Notes under the pieces: model-generated
Database searches by the model: none
What the model was told of the DNA's origin: nothing
Seen by the model: only the letters and a program-made list of their open reading frames with translations
Shown: in pieces, positions 62,735-64,000 of the stretch
How the letters are laid out: each line of letters opens with the position of its first letter
Numbering within the stretch: position 1 is the first letter of the stretch
DNA from: an uncultured Candidatus Saccharibacteria bacterium
Lineage (GTDB): Bacteria; Patescibacteriota; Minisyncoccia; Phycocordibacterales; UBA9973
Assembly: GCA_964441495.1 (NCBI GenBank)
Contig: CAYTXV010000004.1
Location: 210-64,209 of the forward strand
DNA length: 64,000 nt
Direction of reading: 5' to 3'
Made by a program: the position numbers and the translations under genes

Positions 62735-63670
62735 ATGCACTACGAACTCATCATCATCGGTGGCGGACCAGCAGCGTGTGCTGCAGCCGTCTATGCTGCC
62801 CGCAAACAACTCAAAACCCTACTCATCGCCGAAGAAATCGGTGGACAGTCTTCTGTTTCGGATACTATCTACAACTGGATCGGTACTCCCGAGATCAGTG
62901 GTATCGACCTTGCCAAGAGTCTCAAATCTCATATCGAAGCGTACGCGCAACCACCACACACACTCACCCTCAAGCTCGGCACACGCGTCCAGAGTGTCTC
63001 AAAAGCTGCTGATGGGTTTGTCGCAACCCTTTCTGATAGTGAGAGTGTCTCTGCTCGATCGGTACTCATCGCGACTGGTTCTCATCACCGCAAGCTTGAT
63101 GTACCTGGAGCTGCACAGTTTGATTACAAAGGTATCATGTACTGCGCAACCTGCGATGGTCCACTGTTCTCTGGTATGCCAGTTGCGGTCGCAGGTGGTG
63201 GCAATGCGGCGCTCGAAGCAGTACTTCAACTTGCACAGTATGCATCACACGTGACACTCATCCACCGCAGTGAGTCATATCGCGCAGATCCGATCACTGT
63301 TGCCAAAGCAACAGCACTTGCAAACGTGACACTCCTAACCAACACCGACATCGTAGAAATCAAGGGTGACAAGTTCGTCTCAGGTATCGTGTACAAAGCA
63401 AAAGACGACCCTGAAACTGTTGAGCTCCCAGTAAGCGCTGTCTTTGTCGAGATCGGACAGATCCCTAACACAGATCTCGTCGCAGATACTGTTGCGCGAG
63501 ATCAGTCGGGCAAAATCATCGTCGATCCGATGAACCAACGTACACAGACTCTCGGTATCTGGGCTGCTGGTGACTGTACCAACGGACTCTATCACCAAAA
63601 CAACATTGCAGCTGGTGATGCGGTCAAAGCTATTGAAGACTTGTATATCTGGCTCAAGACTGGTAAATAA
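62735..63670 (+). CDS. trxB: thioredoxin-disulfide reductase
   Basis: FAD motif IIIGGGPAACAAAVYAAR, redox-active CATCDG, and NADPH motif VAVAGGGNAALE. Confidence 0.95.
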   Translation: MHYELIIIGGGPAACAAAVYAARKQLKTLLIAEEIGGQSSVSDTIYNWIGTPEISGIDLAKSLKSHIEAYAQPPHTLTLKLGTRVQSVSKAADGFVATLSDSESVSARSVLIATGSHHRKLDVPGAAQFDYKGIMYCATCDGPLFSGMPVAVAGGGNAALEAVLQLAQYASHVTLIHRSESYRADPITVAKATALANVTLLTNTDIVEIKGDKFVSGIVYKAKDDPETVELPVSAVFVEIGQIPNTDLVADTVARDQSGKIIVDPMNQRTQTLGIWAAGDCTNGLYHQNNIAAGDAVKAIEDLYIWLKTGK

Positions 63671-63678
63671 CCAGTACT

Positions 63679-63765
63679 GGAAACGTGGCTGAGTGGTTGA
63701 AGGCACCGGTTTCGAAAACCGTCGTACGGGTAACTGTACCGAGAGTTCGAATCTCTCCGTTTCCG
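63679..63765 (+). tRNA. tRNA-Ser (anticodon CGA), type II with long variable arm, CCA not encoded
   Basis: Hand fold: acceptor GGAAACG/CGTTTCC; anticodon stem CCGGT/ACCGT with loop TTCGAAA; variable-arm hairpin GTACGG/CTGTAC; T-arm GAGAG-TTCGAAT-CTCTC; discriminator G. Confidence 0.9.
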
Positions 63766-63771
63766 CAAGTA

Positions 63772-63800
63772 TTGACAATATTTGCTATAGGTGCTATGAT
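63772..63800 (+). promoter_or_regulatory. sigma70-like promoter (TTGACA-17 nt-TATGAT)
   Basis: TTGACA at 63772-63777 and TATGAT at 63795-63800. No ORF follows. Confidence 0.6.
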
Positions 63801-63806
63801 TAACAA

Positions 63807-63926
63807 AGAGTTTAATGGGTTAGAAAAAAGTGTCCGCTACTTGATAGGTTTCTAGTTATACAACCTAACATTGGCAACTGAAACCTGAAGGGTTTAAGAA
63901 GGGGGTTATAAGTAGCGGCACTTTTT
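63807..63926 (+). ncRNA. candidate structured small RNA (unclassified)
   Basis: About 120 nt between the promoter and a T-run. A 20-bp closing helix (63825-63846 with 63907-63926, two 1-nt bulges) encloses inner hairpins. No ORF longer than 19 codons on either strand. Confidence 0.35.
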
Positions 63927-63963
63927 CAATTAGTTCATTAGATTGGTTTTTATAGGACACACA

Positions 63964-63988
63964 AGCGGCTCATCTGAGCCGCTTTTTG
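63964..63988 (+). terminator. intrinsic terminator
   Basis: AGCGGCTC-ATCT-GAGCCGCT followed by TTTTT. Confidence 0.75.
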
Positions 63989-64000
63989 TATTGGTGCGCG

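Noticed and set aside
62680-63012. 110-aa ORF overlapping the trxB 5' region out of frame. Also 62760..63254 and 63380..63778 (the last overlaps tRNA-Ser).
   Set aside because: These are alternative-frame or antisense shadows of the well-supported trxB gene and of a tRNA gene.
63807-63926. Whether the RNA candidate after tRNA-Ser is SRP (4.5S) RNA, 6S RNA or tmRNA.
   Set aside because: It lacks the SRP domain IV consensus (GGAA tetraloop / AGCAGCC-type symmetric loop), the 6S central bubble architecture and length, and tmRNA tRNA-like ends. It is kept only as an unclassified candidate.
1-64000. Search for CRISPR arrays, rRNA genes, IS elements, transposases, integrases, group II introns, reverse transcriptases, and recoded stop codons (UGA sense, as in code 25 lineages).
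   Set aside because: No spaced direct-repeat arrays and no recognisable transposase, integrase or RT motifs were seen. All conserved genes are intact under the standard code, with no in-frame TGA needing reassignment.

Overview
This is a 64-kb, densely packed, mostly minus-strand core-genome segment from a small-genome bacterium using the standard genetic code. Gene content and several minimalised proteins suggest a Patescibacteria/CPR (Parcubacteria-like) lineage; that assignment is inference only. Recognisable content: a partial dcw cluster (mraY-ftsW-murG) behind scpA-scpB; five aaRS genes (aspS, trpS, cysS, lysS, alaS); dnaB, recR, priA, holB and a DnaQ-like exonuclease; a grpE/dnaK/dnaJ locus broken by inserts; the infA-rpmJ-rpsM-rpsK-rpsD-rpoA-rplQ and rplM-rpsI blocks; mreB, ftsA, ftsZ and a third actin-fold ATPase; lexA; two histidine kinases and one response regulator; envelope enzymes (L,D-transpeptidase, MltG, RseP, CAP-domain protein); trxB; and one tRNA-Ser(CGA). 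I saw no rRNA, CRISPR array, transposase or integrase. GC-richer housekeeping genes are interleaved with visibly AT-richer islets. The most interesting signals are: (1) two operons in which a housekeeping aaRS gene is co-transcribed with a free-standing DUF2156 (MprF-type aa-tRNA-dependent transferase) domain protein plus accessory enzymes (lysS-AdoMetDC-like-EamA-DUF2156, and trpS-methyltransferase-DUF2156-like-TraB/Tiki-like-aspS); (2) one Cheo-type SOS box in a face-to-face promoter pair driving two tandem paralogous micro-ORFs with MinD-like amphipathic tails directly upstream of lexA; (3) a PriA whose helicase motifs I, II and VI are all degenerate; (4) a promoter-to-terminator structured RNA candidate after tRNA-Ser; (5) a MazF-like module inserted between dnaK and dnaJ. 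All functional calls rest on motif recognition by eye; no searches were run.
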